Shown here piece by piece: positions 1 to 13,700 of a DNA stretch of 64,000 nt; the first letter of the stretch is position 1; every line of letters begins with the position of its first letter. Location of the stretch: NCBI GenBank assembly GCA_965113315.1, contig OZ220370.1; one strand, written 5' to 3'. Below the pieces are notes generated by a model. That model was not told the origin of the DNA. It ran no database searches and worked only from the letters and a program-made list of their open reading frames with translations. Origin of the DNA: Podarcis vaucheri (taxonomy: Eukaryota). Position numbers and translations under genes: made by a program.

Positions 1-594
1 CAACCAGTCAAGAGGTATCTGGGATTAGAGGGCCAGTTTTGATCTTCAGACAGAGCATATCTATGTGGGGTTGCCAACTTTACTGGTAGGGTTTCTGTAT
101 GTTTCAAAAGAGGTGGATCACCTGCATCCCTCCCATTTTTTTCAGGACTCCCAATTCATATCCAATGGTCAGGGACCAGGAGAGTTGTAGTCCAACAGCA
201 TCTGGAGGGCCACCCCTTTTGAACAGTTGTCTGTATCTATACTAGGAAAAGCTATATCTGTCTTGCCTCCACTTCCAAAATGGCAATTATGGTTGCATCT
301 CCTCTTTTACAATTTAAGCTTTGCTTACTAAATTAAATTAGATATCTCTTGCTTCACAGCCCTACAGTTCTCCATTGCCTCACTCTTGAGCATATTGATT
401 TGAAAAACTCATTTCAAATATGAAAATGCTGTATTTCATATGGATTTTTTTCCAAATTTTACCAGTAGCAACTTGGAATAACTAGAACTTATGTACTAAA
501 GGTGCATATGTAGGTGAAGTCACACTTATTTCAATGGATTTGTACATAAGCTCAGACATAGGAGGTTGTTACAGCACAATAACACAATGAAATT

Positions 595-845
595 AAGATA
601 ATAAGAAGTTCAGCTGCAATTCTGTGCAGATTTGTCTGAAAATAAGCCAAAAATAAAATATGCCTTCCTGGATCAGACCAAAGGTCACACAAGACGCTTC
701 TGGGAAACCCACAATGAGAATATAAAGGATGTTCCTAGCAACTCCTACTGAGTATAATACTGCCTCTGATATTTGAGGTGACATAGAGCGATATGATTTA
801 ATTTGTCATTGATAGTTTTGCTCCATGGATTTATCTAATTGCCTG
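595..845 (-). mobile_element. Old, degraded CR1-like 3' end
   Basis: ctggatcagaccaaaggtc...gcttctgggaaaccc...ccatggatttatctaat; reverse-similar to the 29700-30000 segment. Confidence 0.5.
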
Positions 846-1463
846 TTGGTCATCGAGCTTCATGTCCACCTGTTTGGGAGCCATTTCCTTATCTCATAGC
901 CATCAACAGATGGTAAATCACTTTGCAGTGTAAGCACTTTAACTTAATCAGGTCATTAGGACTCTTATTCTATTTTGAAATGAATGTTAGATTTTTGTGT
1001 GAAGTTTAAAGAATCTGAAAGTCATACTGCTGTATATGCACACAAACAGTTTATTCAGTGCTGCTGTAAAGAGGGGCTAGGCCACATAGATAAATGAGAA
1101 CATATATTTTAAGCTGCAAATGATCTAGCAACAGCTTCTGTTCCAAATCTACAGCTGCCCTCCCATTTATCTTCAACCCTTAAATACTAAATTTTACAGC
1201 CTGTGTATGGCAGCCTCATCTATCTTTCACATCAACCTTCTGGAATCATGAAATGCATTTCTGAGAAGGATCCATTGTGCGCTTTGCAGGAAGGAAAATA
1301 TTATCCCATGTTCAGCTGCCAGGGAAGGTGCTTAGAATTCATCAAACTTTTTTTTTTTAAGTTGTTGGGAAATCAGTATATGTTGCTTGTGGGTTGGCTG
1401 AACAAAATTATAGAAGACAGGATAGGCCAAACTGGGAGTTCCTCTCTGCTTTAGTGGGCATTT

Positions 1464-2446
1464 TAGAATCATAGAATCATAGAGTTGGAAGAGACCACAA
1501 GGGCCATCGAGTCCAACCCCCTGCCAAGCAGGAAACACCATCAGAGCACTCCTGACATATGGTTGTCAAGCCTCTGCTTAAAGACCTCCAAAGTAGGAGA
1601 CTCCACCACACTCCTTGGCAGCAAATTCCACTGTCGAACAGCTCTTACTGTCAGGAAGTTCTTCCTAATGTTTAGGTGGAATCTTCTTTCTTGTAGTTTG
1701 GATCCATTGCTCCGTGTCCGCTTCTCTGGAGCAGCAGAAAACAACCTTTCTCCCTCCTCTATGTGACATCCTTTTATATATTTGAACATGGCTATCATAT
1801 CACCCCTTAACCTCCTCTTCTCCAGGCTAAACATGCCCAGCTCCCTTAGCCGTTCCTCATAAGGCATCGTTTCCAGGTCTTTGGCCATTTTGGTTGCCCT
1901 CTTCTGGACACGTTCCAGTTTGTCTGTGTCCTTCTTGAATTGTGGTGCCCAGAACTGGACACAGTACTCCAGGTGAGGTCTGACCAGAGCAGAATACAGT
2001 GGCACTATTACTTCCCTTGATCTAGATGCTATACTCCTATTGATGCAGCCCAGAATTGCATTGGCTTTTTTAGCTGCCGCGTCACACTGTTGGCTCATGT
2101 CAAGTTTGTGGTCAACCAAGACTCCTAGATCCTTTTCACATGTACTGCTCTCAAGCCAGGTGTCCCCCATCTTGTATTTGTGCCTCTCATTTTTTTTGCC
2201 CAAGTGCAATACTTTACATTTCTCCCTGTTAAAATTCATCTTGTTTGTTTTTGCCCAGTTCTCTAATCTGTCAAGGTCGTTTTGAAGTGTGATCCTGTCC
2301 TCTGGGGTGTTAGCCACCCCTCCCAGTTTGGTGTCATCTGCAAATTTGATCAGGATGCCCTTGAGTCCATCATCCAAGTCGTTGATAAAGATGTTGAATA
2401 AGACTGGGCCCAAGACAGAACCCTGTGGCACCCCACTAGTCACTCT
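1464..2446 (-). mobile_element. 5'-truncated CR1 LINE with an intact C-terminal ORF2 (reverse transcriptase) segment
   Basis: ORF 1541..2443 has [17 protein letters not shown] and [13 protein letters not shown] motifs with no stops. The CR1 3'UTR and (ATTCTATG)n tail read tagaatcatagaatcatag on the + strand. Confidence 0.97.
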
Positions 2447-5186
2447 TTTTGTCGGCTATCTTTCCAGTACTACTGAGCCACAAACTGAAATGTTCCGAAC
2501 CACCTGCCTCTTTGTGATCCCTCAAGCTTCCTGCTTTCAGTACCTCTCAGGTTGTCCCCTCCTCTGAGGTGTGGCCAGTTTCTCACTAACAGGAACCAAG
2601 ATCTAAGTAGTCTTCTGTGCCTTCCCTGGGGGGCTCTTGGGCAGGCAGCTTCCACCACTCTTCCCCATCCTGCCAGTCCCTGACACTAGCTGTTATTGAT
2701 AGCCTTATCCCCATGAATGTTTCTACTCTCTTTTGACATGCAGAGTGACACTGCTTCCAGTACATACTTCCCTGGCCTTCCTGTATAGTTTTAATCTATG
2801 TAATTGGTTTTATTTCCTTTTATGCATTTTTATTTTTGCAAAGTGTTTGAGTTTATTTTATAACAAGTGAGGCCTTTTGTTCTTTATAGCATAAAGAAAG
2901 CAAAATCTTATGACCAAAGCTTGATTTAATAAAACCAGTTCAGGAGCTCAGCTAGTCTTATAGCTGGGTTGCTTTAGACAAGTCAATCTTCCCATGGTGG
3001 TTATTAGAAGGAATGAAATAAATAAGAAAATGCTTGTAAATTGTAATGCACATACCTACAGCATACACAGAGATGTAAAGGAGCAGAGCCCCATATAGCA
3101 TAAAACCCACAAAGTTAATCTGCCACTTTCTTATTTGGGAAATTTATTTCAGTGTTGATGCTTCTTCTGGGCAACAATAAACTTCATTTTTGGAAGTTCT
3201 GCTTGCTAAGTTACTTTAAATGAGTCACATCAGATAATATGTTTTTGGAATCTGCCAACCATGAAAAATTCTTCATTACTAATCTAGCTTTGATGAAGTA
3301 ATGAAATGAGATATAATCTGGAGATCTCAAGAACTACAATACATTCTTTTCGGTTTCAGCTTTACATTGAAATTCAGCTGATTTTACATACATTATGAAT
3401 CCATTTCACATGTCCTCTTATATACAATTGCTGTAATAGATTGTTATATCTGTCAATTACTTTAGTTACCTCTTAACACTGTTTATAGGTTCCATTATCT
3501 TTATCTGTGCTGTTTGCACCTACACTATAGCCATCACACACAATCACTTCAAGACTTGAAATTGGAATTATATACCTTGATTATTCTATCCTCTTTCAAT
3601 TATAGGCATTGATTTCTCTTGTAGAAGATTAATGGCCCTTTCTATAATGGTATAATTCTGCTAGCAATTTAATCTTATGTCTACATATTATCAAGTTTGA
3701 TTATTTCTGATGTTTGTGTTCCTATAACTTTCTTTTAGACAAACCTGACTGCTGTGTAGTAAACTATTTGGAGTGTGATTAAATGGATCAGTTTGTAATT
3801 TGTGATTAATTTTATAGAAGCGCATTCAAAATCCAAGCATGTGATAGAAACAAAAAAAGGTGGATTGACTGTAAATACTGGGAAGAAAGACCAGTACACA
3901 ATGGTACTGGGGCTGGAGATGGATCATGTAAGAGCAATACTGTATCTTTGGCTGAAAATTGAGCTGAAAGTAGCTATCTTGAGCCATAAACCATGATAAG
4001 TCACAACGGAGCAGCTTCAGAAGTCAGAATGCAGGCAGTATAGTAGGAAATCAAGATTGAAGAGTGGTCCAGAGAGACTAAATAGCAACAACAAAATGAC
4101 TTACTGCCAAGGAAAGGGGATAAGTAGAATTATCTTGCAATAAATTGGTCTCTCTCAATTCTTAGCCACCCTGTAGTGCCTGAATATAAACGAGAAGCAA
4201 GCTCTTAGGGGGTGGGAGTAGGTCATTTAGTTATCCAGACATTAGTGTTATGCCTGTAAGTTAGTTCCACTGGAAATTCAATATCCAAAAGACTTACCCA
4301 AAGCATACTTTATCCCTGCTGCCTCAACACTATTAAGTTAATCCAAGCCCACTAAGACTTCTGGACTTCTTTGCAGTCCCAGCTCAATTTGTCTTTCACA
4401 GCTATGATTTTTATAGTAGCAAACAGTCTGCTGTGGATTTTCAGGGGGAATGTGAAGCTGTACCCAAGACTCTCTGATGCATGGTAAATTCTTGGTCACA
4501 AAGTGTAGGAAACTCATATCAAAGAATTTGTGGAGAACAGCTCTGTGGAGACTGTCAATGAATGTCCCTAGATCCTTGAGCAAACCATATCATTCCTTTG
4601 AAAAAAAGGACAGTAGGGTCCTTTTAGTGATAAATTTGACAGCCTAATGGGATTACAGAATAATGTTTCTATGCCAGTGGGCAGGTGAGTTGCATGGCAA
4701 GTAAACAAGACACATTGATGATTTCTTACTGTATAGATATGTTGGATTGTATAAAACTAGACATGCATCAACAACTATAGACACTAACACGTATATGTTG
4801 CAGCTGCAGGGCCATGTGCAGCGAGCCCCCAGGAGCCAGGAAGGGGTAGTGAAACATAAGAATAAACAGGCACAACAATGTTCTGGAACTGAAAACAGCC
4901 ACAACTTTATTGATCACAGATGCTGTTAGGCTTTGGCTTAGGCACTGGGGGTGTCTCTGAGTCAGTCTCCTGACTGATGGCTGACATTGAACAGGGTTGT
5001 ATCTGGATGAAGGGATGCCTCACAATGCAGGTCAGCCAAGCTGACCCCCAGGCCAGTTAAATTTTCAGTTGCGCTAATGTTTCCAAACTAACAATATATA
5101 AAATTAACAAACTGGAATTTAACAGTGCAGATCGCAAATAAAACTATATGGTAACACAAAGCAACTAACTTACTTTTCTGAACACT

Positions 5187-5553
5187 ATTCAAAGTCTTGG
5201 TGCTGATCTTTAAAGCCCTAAATGGCCTTGGCCCTGTATACCTGAAGGAGTGTCTCCACCCCCATCGTTCAGCCCGGACACTGAGGTCCAGTATCAAGGG
5301 CCTTCTGGTGGTTCCCTCACTGCGAGAAGTGAGGTTACAGGAAACCAGACAGAGTGGCATCCCCTCTGTGGAATGCCCTTCAATCAGATGTCAAGGAGAT
5401 CAATATATCTTTTATGAGACATCTGAAGGCAGCCCTGTATAGGAAAGCTTTTAAGGTTTAATGTTTTATTATGTTTCTATATATGCTGGAAGCCGCCCAG
5501 AGCGGCTGGGGCAACTCAGTCAGATGGGCGGGCTATGATGATGATGATGGTGA
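5187..5553 (+). mobile_element. L2-clade LINE 3' fragment
   Basis: Translates to FKVLVLIFKALNGLGPVYLKECL..RTLRS (L2 ORF2 C-terminus), followed by 3'UTR and an (ATG)n tail. Confidence 0.85.
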
Positions 5554-5681
5554 TTTGAAAGACCCAGGTAAATAAAAAGGGTCTGAAATTGCATTTTGAA
5601 ATGGGAGTTTTGAAAGCCAGACTTGAAGGTCAGCTGTCATTGATGTTTATGCATTAGGGCAGATTAAGAAAATTAGAGAGC

Positions 5682-5710
5682 CTTTCTTTCTTTCTTTCTT
5701 TCTTTCTTTC
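5682..5710. repeat. (CTTT)n microsatellite
   Basis: About 7 perfect units. Confidence 0.95.
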
Positions 5711-5777
5711 AAAAATTTGGATATGGAGGAAACAGAGTGTGAGAGTTAAATATATTCCCATTTCCATGGAATATAGC

Positions 5778-5926
5778 CAGTCCTTTTTTCCGGGGTGGGG
5801 GATGCAGGGGTACGCATACCCCTAAACATTTTGTGAATCTAAGTTTGGCCTCATTGAGGGGCAGTCTTTCAATTTAAGTAGGAAAATGAGAGTACCCCTA
5901 AACATTTTTTAATGGAAAAAGCACGG
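5778..5926. mobile_element. hAT-type MITE
   Basis: Imperfect TIRs CAGTCCTTTTTT...AAAAAGCACGG and a perfect 8-bp TSD aatatagc (5770-5777 / 5927-5934). Confidence 0.85.
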
Positions 5927-8384
5927 AATATAGCTTCGTGTGTGTGCGTGTGCATGAGTGTGTGTGTGTTGTGTCTCTAACACACTGTTATAGTGTGTAT
6001 GTTGAGAGCAAGTGCTTAGATGAGGGTCTGCCCACACCATCTACTGGAATGCACCCCCCCTAGCAGCTTTCTAACCAGTTAATATGGCCCTTGGCTGAAA
6101 AAGATTTCTCACCCCTGGACATATGGGTTGTAAAATCCAATAAGATGGGTTTTTGACACAGGCTTTGGTGGCATTTTGTAAGAGTAAATGAGAAGCATGG
6201 GGAAGGCTTTTAAGGCAAAAAGCCATTTCGGGTGGTTCAGAATGGTAGAGCTGAAAAAAACAAATGGCACGGGGGGGATATATATAGGGCTAAAGCAGCG
6301 GAAAAATTGGGGTGAACATGGGAAGGTTTGAAAAAATGGGCAAGGAGTTGCATCTACTTTCCTGCTCTCTGATCCCCACAACATAGGTTTTTGCATGCAG
6401 GGACTACTTATTTGGTGACCCATGAGGTGTTTATCCAACTATGCTTCTCCCCCCCCCTCCTTTTTGGTAAGATTTCTTTTAGGTAAGTGAGCAAATCAGT
6501 AATATAAATTACTTGCAGTTCTGCTGAAACAAAGTTATAGGGTCTCCCCCTTTCCCTGATCAATTTCATGTCTTGCAATGCAGCAAGAGATGGTCTTGAA
6601 TATTGCTTCTGATATCTTGTAGTCTTTTGAATTAACAGTTTGACAGGTGCTGTACGGTCTGAATCAAAAATATCCTTTTTATGTTAATAAATCTTTAATA
6701 AAAGAAAGGCCCGTCAGTGAAATCAATCTAATTCATTCACATGATGTGGAAAGACAAGGGAACAATATATCAAAGAGCAATTGCTTTAAATTTCGGGGAC
6801 TGCTTTAATACTGGAAAAAAAATCCAGTGTGAAATATCAATGCATCTATATAGAACAAATGGCTTTATCTGGGTTGATAAATGACATCAGACATTATGAA
6901 ATATTACCAAGGTTTTCAGAGAGAAAATCTGTTAAATGAACAAAATCCCTTGCTTATAAATTAAATATCCCCAGTTCTCACACATACTTGATTAACTTTA
7001 TTTATGGGAACTAGCAGATCAGAATCTCAAGATATTGGACCTGCAAATGTAGGAGCCATCATGTAAATTTTCTTCCTTATCTATCAGTTGGATAGCTAGT
7101 AGTGGCAGTAGCAAACTCCACAAAGGCATTGTAGAAATCAGTTGTGTCTAAAAGACATCAAGGGTATAGACCATTTTAGTTGGCCCTACATCCTTTAGGG
7201 TCGGTAACTCCTATAATATTGGCACAAAGGTGACAAGCCTGGTAGCTGGATCTAGTCTACTGAGCCATTTCTGGTGGTCCTGTGACAATTAGGTGCTTTT
7301 TGCCTTGAAAGATGGCCTCTTCTCCCAGATTCAAAAGCAGCGACACTTTGATGCAAAGGAAGTGCGCTTCCAATTCTTCTTCATTTTATCCACAGCTTGA
7401 TTTCCCCCCCAATTTCCAGTAAAAAGCTACATTCAAAGTCACAAGTAGTTAGTAGATGAGATGTTTTTTCAATAAATCACAGCAACTCTTCCATGCTGCT
7501 AGTTTTGAACTAAGTAGAAACTAGAGAAGGGAAAATCTTTCTATGCATAAAAATACAATTGCTTAGGCCTAGTGATTCAATTACAGTTTTAATCAGGGGC
7601 ACTAAAAACAAAGACATGCTATATTCTCCATGTAGTCTACTGTCAAGTAATTCATTTTACAGTGAATGCAGTTTAAAGAGACAGTAACATTGTCCGAGTT
7701 ATGCTTTTCTTTTGCTTCTAAAAGAGGTTAAAAACAGGCACTTGGGTCACAATTTTTTTTTTTTGCTCAACCCTAAGACTCGGGTTCATGGTCCACTAGA
7801 AGATGAGTATCCTCACAAGTGATTATGACCATCATATGATACCATGTTTTGGCAATGTTATGAATGATGTTTGGACAGCTGGTACATCTCTCTCAGTATA
7901 ATATAATAGAGTTTCCTGTAACAAAACTGTCACATAAAGTTTGCAAACATGCTTGAATGCAGTGTTAAGTATATTTGTTGCAACATCATTTTCACATAAT
8001 AATCTAATGTGGGGAAGTGCGATTATATTCTTTTATGCAATGCAGTGAAAATTTATTTCCATCTTCTCCTTTTTATTTCACACAGTTGCAAAGAAAACCA
8101 AAAAGAAGCATTTCATTAGGAATTTTAATTAACAGTGGGCTGTTTGCACAATTGAAAGCTTGAAATTATGTATGGGATGAGTTGTGCATGCCATGTATAT
8201 TGTTGAATGACTTTCTGTGTGAATAAATCTTGAGTGACACGTATGCACAAGTCAAGACATGGATTGTGTCAGCAGAAATTTTGTGGGACTTCTAGAAACA
8301 GGCTGTTGAATGTTGCATATTTTCATAACAAATGTTCATCGTATGTGTGTAGAATTTGTCAAAACTATTTGTATTTTCTGCCAG

Positions 8385-8501
8385 ATAGTCTACACAGGCT
8401 GGACAGAAGAACGGGAACAAGATTCTCTTCAGGACAGAATGTATACACCAAAGTTTCTAGCGTTGAGAGGTTCTTCACTTTATAAATTTATAGCACCTCC
8501 A
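8385..8501 (+). CDS. SNTG1: Gamma-1-syntrophin internal coding exon (IVYTGWTEEREQDSLQDRMYTPKFLALRGSSLYKFIAPP; start of PH domain)
   Basis: Acceptor ttttctgccag|ATA, donor CCA|gtaagt, 117 bp, phase 0. Translation matches the recalled human SNTG1 segment IVYMGWCEAREQDPLQDRVYSPTFLALRGSCLYKFLAPP. Confidence 0.95.
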
Positions 8502-8939
8502 GTAAGTATTAGTACCATTTATTGGCTGCCCATTAAATGGTTTTTATGAAATTGATATAAAGGTTTTATGTTACTCCTAGGCATTACATTCAGCTCTGTT
8601 GTAAGGAAAAGCAACAATAGTGATGGGAAAATTTGATTTATTAAGACAAAATTGCTATGAAAAGAAATGACCATACAACTAATTTTGTCCATTCCCAGTA
8701 CTGAGATTTCTCTGCAAACTTAGAAACTCTCGGATCTTTACACAGCATGTTTTCAGAAACTACCTTCTCTGTTGATGCCATAATCATGAGGAAATATCTA
8801 ATAAGTATGAGGGGGGAAATTCTTGATAGAATTTTCTTCTAGTGTACAATTTTGCTTCTGACCATGTAACAAAAGAATGAGGTTGGGGAGATACCCTGGT
8901 TCTTTTCCTTAGATTACTGCAATACATTCTACATGAGGA

Positions 8940-9030
8940 AAAGGTAAAGGACCCCTGGACGGTTAAGTTCAGTCAAACGTGCCTATGGGGTGCAGCACTC
9001 ATCTTGCTTTAGGCCGAGGGAGCCAGCATT
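8940..9030 (-). mobile_element. Sauria SINE 3' fragment
   Basis: aaaggtaaaggacccctgg... is the reverse complement of the (ACCTTT)n tail and 3' body. Confidence 0.75.
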
Positions 9031-9985
9031 AGACCACACTACAGAGGACTGCCTGATTCTTTCCCTATGGTGGAGCAGATCTGATAAGGAAGAAGAAAGG
9101 GAAAACTTTTCAGTGCATAAAAATATAACTCTTTAGGCCCAAAGTTTGATTAAGCTCTTAAACAGGATGCTAAAACAAAAAAAGACACTTCAATCAGTCC
9201 AGAAGGCTGAGGTCAGGCTCTTCATACAGGCCACATATAAGGAGTGTATGAATCCCGTAGCTACACAGGCTTCCATTTTGTGTCCAGCTTCAATCCAATA
9301 TTCTGGTGATGACCTTTGAAACCCTTTATAGTTTGACACCTGGATATCTGAAGGACTGTCTACTCCCATGTGAACAAACTCGGCTGCCTTCTGAGATCAT
9401 TGTTAGATGTCCTCCTCCGTGTGGCATCCGTGCCATGTAAATATGCTGTGTCCTATTTGGCATGTGTCCAATAAAGAGAATATATCACACTGAAACTGCT
9501 TTTGTAAGGAGCTTGCCCACAGAGATTGGTTTTGCAGAGCTTTCAGGTTATGCTTGTTGAATCATTCAGATTAGATTCCAGCCTTGTGAAATGGTGCAGG
9601 GTTGGCAGGGCAGCATGAACAGCACCCCCTAGAAAAATGCACCTGGGGACATTGCCCCCCCTCCAGCTATGCCTCTGATTTAACCCTTTCTAACCTCCAC
9701 AGAGGTGAGTGGGAGTCATTATCAGAGCTCAAGGACACATTCCAACCAGACAAAAACACTCAAGAAGGATTTGAGGGCATAGCCTGCAGAAAAAGGGTGC
9801 AAGTGAGGAGGGGTGTGGCTTAAGGAGAGTCCCAAGGACCATATATACCAGACTAGAGGGCCACATTTGGCCCTCAGGCCTAAGGTTTCCCACCCCTGCT
9901 GTACACCATAGTTTGACATTACTTTCCAACCGATATAACTGGATGAAAAAACAGTTCAATTAAATTTTGTTTATTTTCACCCAAG

Positions 9986-10057
9986 GTTACTACGTGGGAC
10001 TGGACACGAGCCGAAAGAACATTTTCTGTATATGAGATTATGTACAAAATTCTCAAG
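9986..10057 (+). CDS. SNTG1: Gamma-1-syntrophin internal coding exon (VTTWDWTRAERTFSVYEIMYKILK)
   Basis: Acceptor ttttcacccaag|GTT, donor AAG|gtatga, 72 bp, phase 0. Continues the previous exon in frame and matches recalled SNTG1 VTTWDWTRAEKTFSVYEIMCKILK. Absent from the ORF track. Confidence 0.95.
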
Positions 10058-10540
10058 GTATGAAGAATAAAAATGCAACTTCATTGTACTGAGGGGAAGG
10101 AGGGATGGCTGTATTCACCAAACACAACCTTGTCATTGACTACTGCTAGCAAAATATCCCATGGAAGTCAAGTTGGTGGAGAAAAATGGTCTGTGTGAAC
10201 AGTTTCAAAATGATAGAAATAATTTGGGGAAAGGATTTAATGCGGGCTAAGATTTTGCCATGGGATCTTGTAAGAATCATGTGGAATAAGAAGGGTAGCT
10301 TTGTCAGGAACCTTTCTTTTAACACAGAACAATCAAAGTCATTCCACAGACACCATATACACCTTAGAGTATAGTTTCCAACTCTGAGGGCCTGATTTTC
10401 CACGAGGCCTGAGCTACAGCACCTCATATGGCCAATGTCAGCACCAGGCCACCTTTGACAGTGTCTGGTGCTTTGCCATCTACCCACACAGAGCATGACT
10501 GGCTACTGATGCTTCCTCCACACACCCTTGTTTCAGGAGT

Positions 10541-10727
10541 ATAGGAAGCTGCCTTATACTAAGTTAGAACATTAGTACACCTAGTTCAGTTCTGTTTATG
10601 CTGACTGGCAGTTGCTCTTTGAGGTTTAGATAGAGGGCATGGTCAGTTCTACCTGGAGGTGCCAAGGATTGAACCTGGAACTTTCTACATGTAAAACATT
10701 TGCTTTGCCCCTGAGCTGCATCCCTTC
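10541..10727 (-). mobile_element. tRNA-derived squamate SINE (Squam3-like)
   Basis: ataggaagctgccttatact...ctgactggcag...ggattgaacctgg...ctgagctgca; the reverse complement has a tRNA-like head with A and B boxes. Confidence 0.7.
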
Positions 10728-13700
10728 ATTGCAGGCATTCTAGTGAGCATGAGGACAGCTTGGAGCCACCATTTAACTTTCCTACAATGTCCCAAGCCAG
10801 TCACAATGTAGCATTGCTGAGAAATTGTGAGACATTTATATGGTTGAGACCTCCATTACATTGGGGGTGCTCCAGGGGTGTTCTTGTGTATTGTAGAAGG
10901 TGTGGATTGTGACCAAGGGATGGTGGCCCCAAGTTACCCTGGTGCTCGACTATGCACAGTGGGTGAAGTCAGCACGCATATGGGAGAGACCCACCAGAGG
11001 GCATTATGCCAAAAGAGTCCCTTCAAACCTGGAACCAGCCCTAACTGCTTTATTGTTGAATAGATTATGTGTTGGGTTCATTATTCAATTTTATTTAATC
11101 TGCTTCCAAATATTAGGTGAGGTTTGTTAATGATACCACAGCTTGCATGAAACCATATTGTAAATTTAGGGCAATTTCACAAATGACTCTAGGAATCATA
11201 ACCATAAATGTTCCCACATTTGCAATATGAATGAATGAATCACCTTGATCAGTATACACAATCACTTTTTAAGTGACTTCCCCCCTCATTTTTGTATCAT
11301 ATAAACACCATTGAGAAGTGAGAAACTGGTAGCCAAATTGTTTTTTTAAAGTATTGAGTGTAAAAATGCAATTATTCTTATCTGATGTTTATCTTCACGT
11401 GCCATCTGTGCTTTACATTTAATGAAACATAATAAGATAGGGTTTATGATAGTCCAATTTGTTTTAAATGTAGAGCCCTAAATGCCAAGTAGTAAATGAA
11501 TGATAACAAATAATTTTAAAGGGAGTTGTTAAAAAAGCTAATGTACGCACAACAATACTTCACAATATATCGTGTCTGGGATTATAGAAGTAGAAATGGC
11601 TATTTGGCTAATGCCTTGCAACAGGAGCTGAATTTAAAAGCATCATTTGCCCAACTTTACTATACCATGGCATCTGGTGATCGGAAAATAAATTCAGCTT
11701 TATCACAACATTATGGCAAGAAATGAAGACTACTAGTTTCTACTGGAAGTGTTAAGATATGTTCGCCCATTACACTTAGTTTGAAAATTGCAATTTATCC
11801 TTAAGTGATGAACCATTTTTTTCAGAAACTTAGTCATTTCAGTCTTAATTTAATATTGTCTCTAGGGATTCAGTGCTGTAGCATCTAGTCAGTGTCATTT
11901 AGGCATGATAAGGCCCTGAGCCTGGATATACTGTGTGCATAAGTAATTCTTAGCACACAAATGGCTGGACTCAAGGCAATGATTAGAACCAAGCCAATCT
12001 TTCTGCATCATGTCCATTTATTGCCCAAGGAAGAGGCATCATTTTATCCTAAATTCACTCCCCTGTTTCTGCCTCTGGCATTCTCTCTCCAAATGTGCTT
12101 TCCAATTTCTCATTTTCATTCTCCTTCCTCCCCTCGTTTAGCTCTTGCTCGCTCTCCCTCTCCATCCCCAATGGCTCCCCTTGGCAATAGCCATTTAAGC
12201 AACAATCAACAATTACTAATGCTGATACTCCTCTGCTTAACTGAACACAATAATGGGACTTCTATAAAGGAAAATTTCACACCAAATGGTTTGGGGGACG
12301 GGACGGGCAGGGAATGGGACATGAAGCAATTCTCTTCTGAAGCTTTCCCTAACACTGCATGTTAAGAAAAACAGGTATCTGCAGTGTCTGTCGACAGGCT
12401 TGCATTCCTGAGCAGATATTTTTCAAAAGTTACTATTGAGCATTGTGTCAACATGTTGAATATTCCTTGTGCTGTCCAACCAGAGCAGGGCCCATAAATT
12501 AAGGGAGTGGGGCCACAAAACAAACCTTGTTCAGAGCAGGTCATCTCCAGTCTCTTTCAGTTCCATCATCAAGAAGCCTGAGAAGCTGAATTACTTTGCA
12601 TCTAGTATCATACTTACAAGGTCCTTTTAAGGTACGCAGAGAGAGGAATAGTCTGCAAAGCAGCAAACCAAATATATATAATGCCAAACCTTGGCATTTG
12701 TTGAGTACTTTTAATTTGAAATACTTTATTTTTAAGTCCTTGTCTCCCTTAGACAGATGTATTGCTCTCACTTAATATGAAAATCAGTATTAATTAGGCC
12801 AGCAAGTGTTGCACTTTCCCATTAGAAGAGATGCTGGTTTAAACTCTTCTGGGATATGAGCCAAGTACTTGACAGTTGTGCTACAGGCTTTATTACATTT
12901 GCATTCCCCTTACTCCCTACTTTCAACAACAACAACAAAAAGTAGAGCAAACTTTTTTGAGTACCTAGCTCAACATAAAGTTCTTTTTAGGGTTCTGTCT
13001 CCAGACATTAGAAACTGGAATAAGTTATGTAAATCAGTTGAATCTGAAAGTGTTTACAGGTTGGTGGATGGAAATTCCATTGTGTCTAATTTGACCATGT
13101 ATTAGACAAGACAGCACCCTCAGTAGATTTTAGGAATCAGTTACAATTGGTTATTGATGATGCTTGAAGATGAGTGATTTGATAATTGCCTGAATGTGCG
13201 TGTTGTGTGGCTGGTGATCCATTTTACATGTAATTTATTTTTATTTTCTTTTTTAAAGTCATAAGGATTATCATGTTTTATCAGGAATTATATCTGTTCT
13301 TTTCCCCTCAACATGAATCGGTCACTATGTCCAACTATGAAATAAACTGGAACTTCTTTTTTAAATCAATTTTTATTACAAGTTTTCAACACAGAATACA
13401 ATAAAAGCCAAACTAATCTACAGAAGAAAAATAATTTAAAAGGCATGAATTAAAAAGGAATAAAATAAAAAAGAAAGGAAACTCCTATTAGCCCCGGCCA
13501 GCATGGTCCATGGTCAGGGGTGAGAGTAGTTAAAAGCCAACATCTGGAGGGTCATATGCAGTTCCAGCAGCTGCACTGCCTTGGAAGCACAACCACTGGG
13601 ACTGACCCTTCCTCTGTTACAATACAAAGGTGGAGTCAAATGCCCAAATACTAATATATAGAAAGACACATCAGCAGCTAGTATATCAAACTTACCTGAG

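Noticed and set aside
1541-2443. 300-aa ORF as a host gene or domesticated RT
   Set aside because: It is a 5'-truncated CR1 ORF2 with its retroposon tail and has no genuine start context.
1-8384. Preceding short SNTG1 exon (IKKINRNFPVNQQ-like)
   Set aside because: Not found by eye. It probably lies upstream of the window.
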